Shown here: positions 30,881 to 42,239 of the stretch, in pieces
Numbering within the stretch: the stretch's first letter is position 1
Layout of the letters: every line of letters starts with the position of its first letter
Origin: Emiliania huxleyi CCMP1516
Taxonomy: Eukaryota
Assembly (NCBI RefSeq): GCF_000372725.1
Contig: NW_005201213.1
Coordinates: forward strand, 248,001 to 295,726
Direction: 5' to 3'
Length of the DNA stretch: 47,726 nt
Program-made: the position numbers and the translations under genes
Notes under the pieces: generated by a model
Databases searched by the model: none
The model's input: only the letters and a program-made list of their open reading frames with translations
Told to the model about the DNA's origin: nothing

Positions 30881-31297
30881 NNNNNNNNNNNNNNNNNNNN
30901 NNNNNNNNNNNNNNNNNNNNNNNNNNNNNNNNNNNNNNNNNNNNNNNNNNNNNNNNNNNNNNNNNNNNNNNNNNNNNNNNNNNNNNNNNNNNNNNNNNNN
31001 NNNNNNNNNNNNNNNNNNNNNNNNNNNNNNNNNNNNNNNNNNNNNNNNNNNNNNNNNNNNNNNNNNNNNNNNNNNNNNNNNNNNNNNNNNNNNNNNNNNN
31101 NNNNNNNNNNNNNNNNNNNNNNNNNNNNNNNNNNNNNNNNNNNNNNNNNNNNNNNNNNNNNNNNNNNNNNNNNNNNNNNNNNNNNNNNNNNNNNNNNNNN
31201 NNNNNNNNNNNNNNNNNNNNNNNNNNNNNNNNNNNNNNNNNNNNNNNNNNNNNNNNNNNNNNNNNNNNNNNNNNNNNNNNNNNNNNNNNNNNNNNNN

Positions 31298-32170
31298 CAG
31301 GTGGCTCCAGGTGGCTTCGGCCCTTCCAAGCCACCTGCCCCGCCCCCCTCGCCACACGTGGAGGGCTGGAGCACGTGCGCCACCTGGGCCTGATGGGTGG
31401 GCAGGTGGCGCCAGGTGGCTTCGGCCCCTCCAAGCCACCTGCATGCCCCCCCTCGCCACACCTGGAGGGCCGGAGCACGTGCGCCACCTGGCGCAAGTTT
31501 GAATTCGGAAACGGAAAATCCGAGCCACGGAAGGGCTGGCCTGCCAAACGCGAGCCTCCCCGCTCCTCCCCGCGCTGCAAACTGGGACTGTGGGGTGTGT
31601 GAAAGAGGGCCTGCGGCGGTCATCGGCGGCTACAATCAATGTCCGGCGTCGACATAAGCCTGGGGCTTCAACCCGGCCCGCGCGGGCGTTTGGTGTGGCT
31701 GCAAACGCCGCAGGAGCCGGTGGCTGCGCTGCTCACGCGCCGTTGCTGCCGACGCTGAGCAGTCTGACTCGCCAATGAGAAGACTGCCCGATAATACGCC
31801 ATCACTCGATCCCCGATAAACCAGGCCATGCAGAGCTTTGTCGTGTGCTGGCTGCGCACTTGGCTGCGCGGTAGAGTTGCGAGAGTGGATTGTGGAGGCG
31901 CGGCGGGGGCGGCTCGTGGTGCCGAGGCGGTGTATAGTACATTCCTATTCAAAAGAACACGCACGATGAAATTCCCGAAGTGACGCCCAGGTGGCGCACG
32001 TGCTCCAGCCCTCCAGGTGTGGCGAGGGGGGGCATGCAGGTGGCTTAGAGGGGCCGAAGCCACCTGGAGCCACCTGCCCGGGCCCAGGTGGCGCACGTGC
32101 TCCAGCCCTCCAGGCAGGTGTGGCGAGGGGGGCAGGTGGCTTGGAGGGGGGCGAAGCCACCTGGCGCCAC
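31298..32170. repeat. ~190-bp inverted repeats (31298-31494 / 31985-32170), each of two ~95-bp units rich in CAGGTGGC/GCCACCTG
   Basis: gagggctggagcacgtgcgccacctgggc on the left versus gcccaggtggcgcacgtgctccagccctc on the right. Confidence 0.8.
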
Positions 32171-32181
32171 CCGAGCGGTCA

Positions 32182-32404
32182 CATGGCCACAGGCGGCGTT
32201 TGGAATCTACTCCAGGTGCTTTTTGCACTGTTTGCCCATGGCCACAGGCGGCGTAAGCCATCTGCTCCAGGTGCTTTTTGCACTGTTTTGCCCATGTCCA
32301 CAGGCGGCGTAAGCCATCTGCTCCAGGTGCTTTTTGCACTGTTTTGTCCATGTCCACAGGCGGCGTAAGCCATCTGCTCCAGGTGCTTTTTGGACTGTTT
32401 TGCT
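32182..32404. repeat. 56-bp tandem repeat x4
   Basis: Units begin catg(g/t)ccacaggcggcgt at 32182, 32237, 32293 and 32349. Confidence 0.9.
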
Positions 32405-32745
32405 CATGGAGCAAGTGGCTAAAGCCACCTGCATTTTGTGCAAAAAGCTGCAAAGGACTCGTGGAGGCACGTGGCGCTTTCCGCGTGTGTCTCGTGCAAA
32501 ATCCGGCATTTTGTGGCTTTCAGGTGGCACGACGCGATTCAGGTGGCGTGGAGCCTCCTACCTGGGCCCATCTATGCGGCGATAGGACTTTTTGGAGCCG
32601 GTTGAGGTGTGGGTGTGTGTTTTCCAGGATTCATTTTCGGATCCGGAATCGCCCCCGCCTCCACTTTGAGCCAGTCACATCTAGTCAAAAATTGACTACC
32701 GCTTTCTACATGATACAATGACAAGCACGCACCGCCGCCTAGATC

Positions 32746-33885
32746 TTAGATCGGGCCGCGTCGTCCATCGGGCCGGAACCAGCCCGGCGGAGGCCGGACT
32801 CGGCGCAGCTCTTGCTGCCCGAATGGCGAGGCCTTCCAGCGCTCCCAGTCGCGGACGCCCGATGCCACGGGCTCCACCGGCGTGACGCCAAACCCGAAGC
32901 CGCACGGGCTCCAGCAGGCGAGCGGATCGGAGCTGTGCTCCCTGTGCAGCGCGAGCGCCGCGTAGGCCGCAGCGTACCGCAGCGCATAGTCCCCTTCGCG
33001 CACTCGGTCGCACAGGGCTCGCATCAGCTGGCGAAGCCGCGGCGACATCGGCTCGCGGCCCGAGCACCAGATCGCGAGGAGGCCGGCGGCGGCGCCGACG
33101 GCGCCAAGGTCCGCGTCGCTCTCGCCGTCTGCGAAGACCCCCTCTGCGAGCGCCAGCCCCCGTTGGGGTGGCAGGGCCTGCGCGGCCACCAGGGCGTGGA
33201 TACGCACCATCGCCGGCGCGCCGCGGCGGGCGGCCTCGAAGATCGCCGCCTCCGCGGTTTCCAGCAACGCACGGTGCTCCGGGAGCGCTGCGTCGCACGA
33301 CGCGCAGCATTGCCCCAAGGCGAGCACGGCCGCCGCACCCAGCCGGTCCGCCGTCCGGGCGCCTCCCAGGAAGTCCAGCAGCGCCGGGATGGCGCGCGGC
33401 CCCACGTGCGCCAGCGCGCGCGCCGCGAGGCGGCAGGAGGGCCCGCGCAGCTCGAGCATCGGCAGCAGCGCGCGCGGGTCGGCGTGGCGGGCGGCGTGGA
33501 AGATCCAGCGCACATCGTCGAGGGCACCCGCGCCGGGCGCGATGGCAGCGCCCGCGCCGACGAGGGTGCGGACGAGCTGCTCGAGGTCTTGGACGGGCGT
33601 CACCGAGCGAGCGGCCTCGAGCGGCCGGGCGCGCTGCGCCTCGCGCTGCCAGGGCTGCAGCTCTTCGTCGGGTGGCGGCGGCAGCTCGAGAACCAGAGCC
33701 CCCGCCTTCTGCTGTGCCCGCCGCTGCAGGACCGCGGCGCTCATCAGCGCGTTGATGACCGTCACGGCGCCGGTGGCCTTGCTGCGCCCCTTGGCCGCAA
33801 ACTTGGAGTCCACGTAGATGCCCGCAAGCTGCAGCCGCTCGCAGATCTGCCCCATGCGCGCTGGGCTGGCAAAGGGCACACTCAC
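32746..33885 (-). CDS. Hypothetical alpha-helical protein (start uncertain)
   Basis: 379-aa ORF with host-like codon use and HEAT-like amphipathic segments; no family recognised. Confidence 0.45.
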   Translation of the reverse strand: MSVPFASPARMGQICERLQLAGIYVDSKFAAKGRSKATGAVTVINALMSAAVLQRRAQQKAGALVLELPPPPDEELQPWQREAQRARPLEAARSVTPVQDLEQLVRTLVGAGAAIAPGAGALDDVRWIFHAARHADPRALLPMLELRGPSCRLAARALAHVGPRAIPALLDFLGGARTADRLGAAAVLALGQCCASCDAALPEHRALLETAEAAIFEAARRGAPAMVRIHALVAAQALPPQRGLALAEGVFADGESDADLGAVGAAAGLLAIWCSGREPMSPRLRQLMRALCDRVREGDYALRYAAAYAALALHREHSSDPLACWSPCGFGFGVTPVEPVASGVRDWERWKASPFGQQELRRVRPPPGWFRPDGRRGPI

Positions 33886-34344
33886 CAGGTGGGCTGGGAA
33901 GGACTCGGCGCCGACCCGCTTCTTTGCTCGGTCGGCGTACCCTCGGCTGGGCCGGAAGCCGAACGCTGCTCGGGGGCGGGCCTACCGGCATCGCGGCGGG
34001 CGCGGGGGGCGGCTGGACCCCGTGCAGCCACGCCCAGCTGTCCTCCCACGCGGCTTGCAGCTCGGATGGGAAAGACGAAAAGAAGGAGCTCCAGGGCAGA
34101 GGCGGTAGCGGAGCCGGCGACGTGGGGGCCACCGGCGCGCAGGTGCGGGTGCATATGAGCTTGATCATAACCCGCACGCCCGGGAAGCTTTCGGGGCATT
34201 GGGTTGCGCGGTGCCACAAATCGTAGTGGCANNNNNNNNNNNNNNNNNNNNNNNNNNNNNNNNNNNNNNNNNNNNNNNNNNNNNNNNNNNNNNNNNNNNN
34301 NNNNNNNNNNNNNNNNNNNNNNNNNNNNNNNGGGGGGGGGGGGG

Positions 34345-35278
34345 CTCCTCCGTCTTTTGCTTGAGCATCTCGCCCAGCTTTGGGTTCTCGGACGCGTGGC
34401 CCCAGCCGACGAAAATCGCGTCGACGTTTTGCGAGACGCAGAGGTCGACGATGAGCTGGACGTTGGCGTAGTTGTTTGCGTTGGAGCCCGCGGGGACCTG
34501 GCGGCGGGCGGGGGCGGCCGGCTGGGTCGCCGCCGCCGGAATCGAGGGCGGGAGGGGGGCGGCGGCGGCGGCGGCGGCGTCTGGCGGCGGCGGACGACTG
34601 AAGCTTTCAGCCGGCCCGCGGTGCTGATCGGTGTGGTGGCGCGCCTCGACAAACTCGTTGGCGCGGCGGATAAACTCGGCGTTGGCGGCGAGGTCCTCCG
34701 CCGAGGCCATCACGATGAACTCGATCGCGTTCTCGTCGCCAAACGTCTTGTAGGCCCACTTGCGGATCGACATGATGGTCTTTGTTGCCGCCATGCCGTT
34801 GTTGGCAATCAGCACGCGGCGGATGAGCGTGTCACCGCCCCGCTCGCGAATGTACGAGTTCATTCGCTCCTCGAGGTCGGCCTGGTACGTGGCCGCAGTC
34901 GACAGCGGCTCCGCCACCGCGCGGACCGAGGAGATGCCTGCGTGTCGTGACGACGGCGTTGGTCGACCGCCGGCCGTGCAGAGGCTCGCATGCGCGGGAG
35001 CGGGCGGCGGGCACCGCTGCGCGACGTTGCATCGGCCGGCGTGCGCAGCACCGCCGGCGAGGCTGCGGCGCCCGGCTTGGAGGCCACCGGGCTCCGGAAG
35101 GGACCCCACGAGAGCGCGCTGGCGCCGGCGAGGCCCGCCAGCAGCAGGGGCCAGTTGCCCTGCGGGGAGGGAGGGGCGCGGGGTAGGGGGAGAGGCCGGA
35201 GGGCGGCGACCGGCAGCGTTGTGCCGTCTGCGGGCGGGCGGGGGCGCGAGCTTGTGGACGGCAGGACATTACCCTCAT
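34345..35278 (-). CDS. ACC1: ACCase N-terminal exons with a bipartite plastid-targeting presequence and start of the biotin carboxylase domain
   Basis: Spliced reading MR|GNWPLLLAGLAGASALSWGPFRSPVASKPGAAASPAVLRTPADATSRSG|ISSVRAVAEP...RRVLIANNGMAATK...VPAGSNANNYANV...VGWGHASENPKL. Confidence 0.88.
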
Positions 35279-35575
35279 GGAGCTCAGGCCCAGCTCGCGT
35301 GCTCGAGAAGCGGATCGGCCGAACGATTCCCCAGAAAGAATTCTTGCGGCGCATGTGCGCGCTTCCCGCTCCCGTTCCCCTGTGTCCCTGATCGTCCTTA
35401 CAAGATCCTGCTCGCGCAGGTGGGGACCCTGTCCTTCTCCCAGCCCTTGTTTGGTGTGTCCGTTTTATTTATTTATTTATTTTCGCCATTGTGGGCGTCA
35501 CCATCGGGTCCGCGCCGCGTCGCCGACGCCACTTGCCGCTCGCGGCTGCCCTGCCCTTCCCTGCCATCGCGCGAA

Positions 35576-35577
<2 letters not shown>

Positions 35578-35640
<63 letters not shown>
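35578..35640. repeat. (AC)n microsatellite
   Basis: Directly visible. Confidence 0.95.
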
Positions 35641-35641
<1 letters not shown>

Positions 35642-36175
35642 AATAAACACACATATTAATTATCGGGTAATAATTATTAATTATTAATCATCGGGCGGCG
35701 GCGCGGCGCGGCGGCCGAATCTGGGCGAGATAACTTTTTTCAAAGGTTGCCCGGCTGGGTTGCTGCGCAAATCTAAAATACAAGACATCTCCCGGATCGG
35801 CCGAATCTTGAAGAAAGAATTCTCCGCCGCCAAAGTGTTATGGTTCGATCCTAGATATGTCTTGTGTTGCTGTGTGCTGCACGCCCTGCGAGCGGGGCGG
35901 GGTGCGCACTGTCCCTCTGTGTTCATGCGTCGCCCATCTCTCCTGGAGATGTCTGCTCTATTTATACTTCTTGCTTGGCCAGTGAGGTTCGCCCTCCATC
36001 CTCAACTTGCATGGCGTGCATATTTTTGTCTCGAAGGCTTTATTGGATTGGTCCCGTCCTCGCCCACCGGCCGCCCGAGTCCGACGGCACACCGACCGAC
36101 CAAAGCCCCAAGTAGGATTTCTACGAAGGTTAAATTCTACTGCCGCATCGCTCTTGAAAACTCAAAGGAATCTCA

Positions 36176-37123
36176 TTAGGCATCCACACCCAGCCGCTCA
36201 GGTGTTGGTGCAGCAGGCAGCAGTGCAGCTTCGACTGCGGCCATCACGTCGTCACATGGAGCAAAGATGTGCAGCGCGGCGAGCGGATCCTTCGGCGTGT
36301 TCTGAAAGCTCACGATGACCAGCCTGCCGCCTGCTGGCTTCGCCTCGCGCGGCGGTATGCATTCCTCTGGAAGTTCGCACGCGGTCGGCACGCTCAGGCT
36401 GCTGCCAAGCACGACGACCAAGTCTGCCTTCAGCATCGCTACCCACGCGCGATCATGCTCTGCCTCCATGCTCGGCACATGCTCGAATGTATTACCGAAA
36501 TTGACGAGGTTGTCCCGAAGCGGACCGCCGCACTTCTCGCAAGGTCGCCCAGTGGCGTGCTCAAACAGCCCTGTCGCCGTGCGCACCTTGAAGGGTCGCT
36601 CATAGCGCGCACCACATTGTGCGCACTCCTCGACAAACAGGTTGCCGTGAAGCTCGACCAGGGCGTGCTTCGGCAGCCCTGCCTTGCCATGCAGGGAGTC
36701 GTCATTTGTCGTCGCCACGAGAGCAAGCTTGCCGGCCTGGTACAGTCGAGTGAGAGCACCGTGGGCTGGAGTTGGTTCGATGCCTCGTAGGTCCAGCGAT
36801 TCCGACACTGTCTCGCCGCGCACCTTGCGTGTCCAGATGCCACTCGGGCCCCGATAGTCTGGAAGACCACTTGACGTGCTGATACCTGCACCAGTGAACA
36901 CAACCACGTGCGCAGCAGAACGCCACCACTGCGAAAGCACCGCAAGCTTGGCCGCAAGGTCCTCGGCCGAGTCACGGCGTATGCTGTCGAAGTCGGTCTG
37001 TGGGTTGTGTGAGCGCAGGTTGTCTGCGCAGTACTGCCGAAACTCGCGCTCGTACTCCTGGAACTCGGCGGAAGCGAACACGGAGTCCGATGCGGTGGCG
37101 GAGTCCGACGAGGACGCGTCCAT
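36176..37123 (-). CDS. Sirtuin, class IV (SIRT6/7-like), intronless
   Basis: FTGAGISTSSGLPDYRGPSGIWT, ELHGN (catalytic His), CAQC/CEKC zinc ribbon, LRDNLVNFG, LGSSLSV and GGRLVIV..Q.TPKD. Confidence 0.92.
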   Translation of the reverse strand: MDASSSDSATASDSVFASAEFQEYEREFRQYCADNLRSHNPQTDFDSIRRDSAEDLAAKLAVLSQWWRSAAHVVVFTGAGISTSSGLPDYRGPSGIWTRKVRGETVSESLDLRGIEPTPAHGALTRLYQAGKLALVATTNDDSLHGKAGLPKHALVELHGNLFVEECAQCGARYERPFKVRTATGLFEHATGRPCEKCGGPLRDNLVNFGNTFEHVPSMEAEHDRAWVAMLKADLVVVLGSSLSVPTACELPEECIPPREAKPAGGRLVIVSFQNTPKDPLAALHIFAPCDDVMAAVEAALLPAAPTPERLGVDA

Positions 37124-37841
37124 GACGTTTAGGTGTCGTTGGACAGGAGCCAAAATATTGCGTTGGGATTGGACAGGAGCCAAAATATTGCGTTGGGACC
37201 CCTGTGCGGCCCCCAAAATCTGAATGGAGTCGCTTCGCGGACTGTACCCGTCGGTTTCATCGGTTTCATTGACGTTTCACCGCCTGTTCCGGCTCGTGCC
37301 CAGCCTCTCTCTCCTTCCGCTGCCGCCGTTGAGATGGCCCCTCACTGCCTCTGGTTTGCATGTGCAGGCCAGCTGCCCGAGCACCTGCCGCACCAGCGGG
37401 CGCTCTGCCCGCTCCACCCCTTCCATGCGACCGCGAGGCCGGTCGCGGCGCCAGTCGACGGCAACGAGGCGGCCTGCGGCCGAACTGCTACTGCCTCGTT
37501 TGCGACGCGCGCGTGTCCGAGTGCCGCCACTGGAGGGGCGGGGACCCAGCGCACTGCAACGCGCATGGCGACAGCGCGCTGTGGCGCCAGAAGCGCGTCA
37601 ACGCCAAGCGGCGGCGCAGGTGACGCAGGCGCGGCTCCCGTGCAGCACGCCTGGCTGCTCCCGCGGGGCGTACCATGACGGCCTCTGCTCGACCGAGAGG
37701 GCGGGCGGGCGCCGCTCCGCCAGCTGCGGCCGTACGCGCTCGCGGGTAAGGCTTGCCGCAACTTTTTTCGGCGAGTAAGGCTTGCCGCAACTCTCGCGCT
37801 GCAACTCTCGCGCTGCAACTCTCGCGCTCGCGCGCTTACCT

Positions 37842-38324
37842 GGGGGCGCTCGCTGTACTGTAGGCGTACCCGGCGTCCACTGAAGATGGGAAGATGCGAG
37901 AGGGTGGGGTAGCGCGTCACCAGCTGGACCGCCTTGGCCACCATGCTGTTCATGGCCGCTTCGAGCCACGGCGGGAGGTACTCGCACGTGGTCCCAGGAG
38001 GCAGGCCGGAGGGCGGAGTGAACCGGCGAATGTGTCGGACGCGGCCTCAGACGCCCTGTTCGCAGTTCGCGTGAAGGCGGAGGAGGCCGCTGACGCAGCC
38101 TCAGACGCCCTGTTTGCAGTTCGCGTGAAGGCGGAGGAGGCCGCTGCGAGGGCGCTGGAGGACTCGAGAGCGGTCGGCTCGCCCGAGAGCGCTCCTCTGT
38201 GTATGCGTATCGATAGCGCGAGCAGCAGCAGCAGCAGCCCGGCGGCGAAGCCACGCAGCAGCAGCGTGAGAGGTGGACGCCGTCGAGAGTGGCAGGGCTC
38301 TGTGTGCATTTCGGCGACATCCAC
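37842..38324 (-). CDS. Possible 5' part of a membrane-anchored hypothetical protein (frame break near 37990)
   Basis: Hydrophobic GFAAGLLLLLLALSI, a 54-bp duplicated unit at 38038/38092 and a GTAAG donor near 37840. Confidence 0.25.
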
Positions 38325-38556
38325 GAGATTTTTTTTGTTTCATAACATCGAAGGCTAGCTCAAAAGAATTTTACAACCAAACTCTCCCTCGCGCACGACG
38401 GAACAAGAATTGTGCCGTCCGGAGGACTGTTATTCACCTTTCGACAAATAGGAGACAATACTGCTGAGCGCATGGCTGTGTGGCCTGTTGAGTTGACTCT
38501 CTCACTCACTCTATGGATCGCCTGTTCAACGCCACAAGCCAAAGTCAAGACTCTAT

Positions 38557-39477
38557 CTATCTCATACGCTGGTGTTGCGCGCCGTGGACCTGCCTGTCGC
38601 CGTAAAGCGAGCGTGTGGCCCACAGCCCGCACGTGCCAAGGGCCATCAGTGTAACTTTCGCCAGCACGCACCACGGCGCGCGGACAAGCTGCTTGGGGCC
38701 CGGGTCGGCCTCGGCGCTCGCGCAGCAGGCAACGACCTCGGCTGGGAGGCAGAGAGCAACGCCGTTCCAGAAGCCCGTCCACACCGAGAGGCCCATCAGC
38801 AGCGCAAAGAGCGCCCGGCAGCCCCGCCGCGCGTCGGGCCTCGGAGCGTCGAAGTAGCGTCGCCGGCGGTTGCGCCTCGTTCTTGGCGGTGGTGTCGGCT
38901 GCGGCGTGGCGAGAGTTTCAGCCTCGTCGCTATTGGCTCGCGGGCCGGCGGCGCTCCACGCCGCAAGATGCGACCTCCACGCTGCGAGATGCTCCTCATA
39001 GCCCTCCTCCGCGTTGCCGGCCGCCGCGCCGCGCGACGCGGAGGCTCGTGTGGCAAGCTGCTCGCCGGTCCAGACGCGTGCGCCGCCGGCATCCGACGGC
39101 ACTTCCACCTTGATCGATTCGAGCGACGTGTCGGCGCGACCGTCGGCGCGACTGTCCCTCAGCATCGCCTTGTCGTACATCGAGCGCGTCGCAAACAGTC
39201 CGAGGATCCCAACAATGATCTCTGCGGCACACCAGTACCACTGCGGCGGCAGCAGGATGTAAGTCAGGTTCCACCAGCCCATCCACAGCAAAACGGCCGA
39301 CCCGATCGCCACGAGGGCCTCGGCGACGGCGCCCGGCTCGAAATAGCGCCGGGCGCGCCGCGCAGCCACCGCAGGCTCTGCTGTCTCGGCATCCCGAAGT
39401 GGGGGACGGGGGGGTAAGGCCAAAGGCGCTGTCATAAAAAATACCAATAACACCACATGGCAGAGTGTGTGTGTCAT
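38557..39477 (-). CDS. Hypothetical membrane protein with an internally duplicated WxGxWN helix pair (Fuseless-like)
   Basis: LLWMGWWNL...GLFATRSMY and SVWTGFWNG...GLWATRSLY. Confidence 0.6.
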   Translation of the reverse strand: MTHTLCHVVLLVFFMTAPLALPPRPPLRDAETAEPAVAARRARRYFEPGAVAEALVAIGSAVLLWMGWWNLTYILLPPQWYWCAAEIIVGILGLFATRSMYDKAMLRDSRADGRADTSLESIKVEVPSDAGGARVWTGEQLATRASASRGAAAGNAEEGYEEHLAAWRSHLAAWSAAGPRANSDEAETLATPQPTPPPRTRRNRRRRYFDAPRPDARRGCRALFALLMGLSVWTGFWNGVALCLPAEVVACCASAEADPGPKQLVRAPWCVLAKVTLMALGTCGLWATRSLYGDRQVHGAQHQRMR

Positions 39478-39774
39478 AGCTTAGGGGGCATTGTGTTTTC
39501 CCGGCAGATCCCGGAAACTTCGCCTTTCCTCCATCTAGATTCGGACGAGTCGTCTAACATAGGGGTCGTCTCGGAATTCGGACGCCTGTGCTACCATTCA
39601 CACACGCTACACACGGTGTACTAGCACGGCGCATCCTGCGCCGTGCCCCATGAATGTCGATACTCCAGTATCACACCCTCTGTGCCACAATCGTGTCACG
39701 TCGACGTCCCTTAGTCGGCGCGTCTTGTCTGTCGCGATGTCCTAGACGTCGTGCCTCTCTGGTCCTTTACAGTC

Positions 39775-41646
39775 CTACATGAGCCAGCCACCCTCCGGCT
39801 CTGAGCCTCCGCGCTCAAACGGGGGTGGCACCCCTTCACCGGGGCAGGCGCCAGCCGTGGCGCCGCCGTCTGGCGCCGAACGACTGCTGTCGTCCCGGTG
39901 AGGGTGCACTCGAGCTCGGCCGGTGGAGTTGCACTCCCCGGAGACAGAACTCGACACTCGAACCCGCACCACCACCAGGCAGACGACCGCCGCGAGGAGG
40001 GAAAGTCTGATCACGAGCCAGGGGCTGGAGAGGACCACGCAGCCGCAGTCAGGGTTAGGGACGACATCGTCAGCAAGGGTATAGGCGCCTTCCAACTCGA
40101 CAGTCCACGGAGCTTTCCTCGCCTGCTCCGCAAAAAGGAACGACAGGAGCAGCATCATGTCTTGTGGCCAGCGGAGCACGACTGACATTGGGTCCTGCAA
40201 GAATTGAAGCGCATAAGGGTCTGCCGGATTGAGAAATGTTGTCGCATAAACAAAAAACATGGTGAAGTACGCGTCGCAGGCCGCGAACGCAAGTTGCCGC
40301 CCATAAGAGACGCAGACGAAGGATCGCTCGCGCACGATTGCCCAAGAGCCAGCCATGGCCAAGACCACTGGGAGATGGATACCTGATCCAAGACCGCTGT
40401 AGATCGTGTCGATGATGCTGTCGCAAATCGGCACCCCCCCGTACGCATTGATCGCCACCATGAGTGCTTCGGGCTGGATACTGATCACTATGAGAGTCAC
40501 CCCCATCACAGCAGCATACACACGATGAAACAACCATCGCATAAAGTGCCGACGCGCGTCGGCAGAGCCGGAGGCAGCCTCGTCCTCTCCTTGCCGGACC
40601 ACAGCAATCGCTGCGGCAGTCGAACGGAGATGGCTTCGAGGCAAACAAAAGAGCGCGACCAAGTTGTCGATGTACGTCATGAAAGTGATTGCGAGCCCAT
40701 CGAGAACGAGGTCGGTGATGGTCTCGTCTTGCAGAAACAGGGCAAGGGTCGCACTCAGGATGTTGAGCGGCAAGATGAACAACCGCATGCGAAGAGACAC
40801 CCACATGAGCGCCCGCAGGAGCGACCAGCGCGAGAGACCGCGGGTGCGCTGTTGGAAGAGGCTCTTCTCGAGCGCGGCTTCGTCCCAGTCCTCGGTCAGC
40901 GGGATCAGGATCAGCAGCGCTACGACGATGAGAACAAAGATGTGTCTCGTGGTGAGACGGCTCTGGCGCTTGACGATGTGGTCGCAGCGCATCGCGATGG
41001 TATCCGTGTTGTTGCAATACGCCGCGCCGTCGTGCTGCCATTTGTCGCCGCTCAACTCCTGCACCTCGTCGCCGTCAAACCACCCTGGCCCGACAGCGAA
41101 GCTCGTGTTGGCCCAAGGAAACTCGAGAAGGTTCGAGTAGTGGCAGTCGCCGCACACGCCAGGCGCCTCCGCGTGTAGTGGTCGCCGGTCGACAATGGGC
41201 GCCATAAAGCCCGCCGGGACGCACCACTCTCCGGTTGGGCAGTCCTGGTGGTCCGTGCACGACGAGTATGCCGACTCGTAGGCAACCGCCACCATAAAGT
41301 TCGACTGCACGGCCAAAAGCATGATTGACAGTATGAGCAGCGCGGCCGACACGCAGGGATTTGCCCCTGGAGCGGTGGCCATCACAACCGTCCACGAGTG
41401 AAATCCACCGGACAGCTCTTGCTCTGTGCGGGCGAGCGGTCGCTCAAGGACGCGCCTCAGATACCAAGCGGAGGGCTCCGGATCAAGCGATGGCCGCCCA
41501 AGCTCCACGCCGTCGTCTGTGGTGTCGGTGTCAGTCAAGCGCCGGTGTGGCCGCCCAAGCTCGACGCCGTCACCTGTGGTGTCGGTTTCAGTCAAGCGCT
41601 GGCGTTCACCGCTGTCCGAAGACCAGGTACGCAGAATTGAGAACAT
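39775..41646 (-). CDS. Multi-pass membrane protein with a Cys-rich loop
   Basis: 623-aa open frame with many hydrophobic segments, SCTDHQDCPTGEWC...CGDC and a duplicated RLTxTDTTxDGVELGRP; the true C-terminus is uncertain. Confidence 0.7.
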   Translation of the reverse strand: MFSILRTWSSDSGERQRLTETDTTGDGVELGRPHRRLTDTDTTDDGVELGRPSLDPEPSAWYLRRVLERPLARTEQELSGGFHSWTVVMATAPGANPCVSAALLILSIMLLAVQSNFMVAVAYESAYSSCTDHQDCPTGEWCVPAGFMAPIVDRRPLHAEAPGVCGDCHYSNLLEFPWANTSFAVGPGWFDGDEVQELSGDKWQHDGAAYCNNTDTIAMRCDHIVKRQSRLTTRHIFVLIVVALLILIPLTEDWDEAALEKSLFQQRTRGLSRWSLLRALMWVSLRMRLFILPLNILSATLALFLQDETITDLVLDGLAITFMTYIDNLVALFCLPRSHLRSTAAAIAVVRQGEDEAASGSADARRHFMRWLFHRVYAAVMGVTLIVISIQPEALMVAINAYGGVPICDSIIDTIYSGLGSGIHLPVVLAMAGSWAIVRERSFVCVSYGRQLAFAACDAYFTMFFVYATTFLNPADPYALQFLQDPMSVVLRWPQDMMLLLSFLFAEQARKAPWTVELEGAYTLADDVVPNPDCGCVVLSSPWLVIRLSLLAAVVCLVVVRVRVSSSVSGECNSTGRARVHPHRDDSSRSAPDGGATAGACPGEGVPPPFERGGSEPEGGWLM

Positions 41647-42239
41647 CAGACTGCTCGGGCAGCCTGAGCAAGCAGCGCGAGTGCTCCGGAAGCACCCAAC
41701 CTCCTAGGCCCAACCTCAACTCGTACTCGAGTACCCCCCAGAAAAAGAATTTCGAGCCGTCAAAACAAAACTCTCACCAAACGCGGGTCTCGGGCTCGAG
41801 GCAACGGGGCTGGCACGCACTGGCACGCACACCAGTAAAAAGAATATAGCTTTGTTTCTTTCACATATGAGCTGTCGCATCGTGGACGACTCGAAGATCT
41901 TGCCGGGAGAAATGCCCTCCGGAACTAATGCAACCATCGTGCGATGCCCGAATTCTCCTACCGCAACCGCATCAACTGCTGCCTCCACATCGGAGCGAGA
42001 GATATTCACATCGGTGGCCACAGCAGAGTCCAGAGACCGCGGAAGCTGACGCCTTGGCATGGGCGGGCAACAGGGTCGCGTGGCAAAGTCGGCGAGTGAA
42101 TTTCCTTGCCTCGCGCTTCGCCTTTGCCGCCTCCGCCTTCTCGTCCTTCGATATGTGCCACCAACTGCCCGATACGGGATAGGACTGTGTGCGCATGCAC
42201 GAAGAGGAGCTCAGGTTGGAGGCAGCTCGGCGCCGCACC

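Noticed and set aside
20007..35278. Split or scrambled ACCase as a biological operon or trans-spliced gene
   Set aside because: Most breaks coincide with N gaps (several of about 100 N) and near-identical duplicates, so haplotype mis-scaffolding is the simpler explanation.
11809..37123. ART plus sirtuin as an NAD-based defence cluster
   Set aside because: They are 22 kb apart with unrelated genes and gaps between them, and there is no evidence of linkage.
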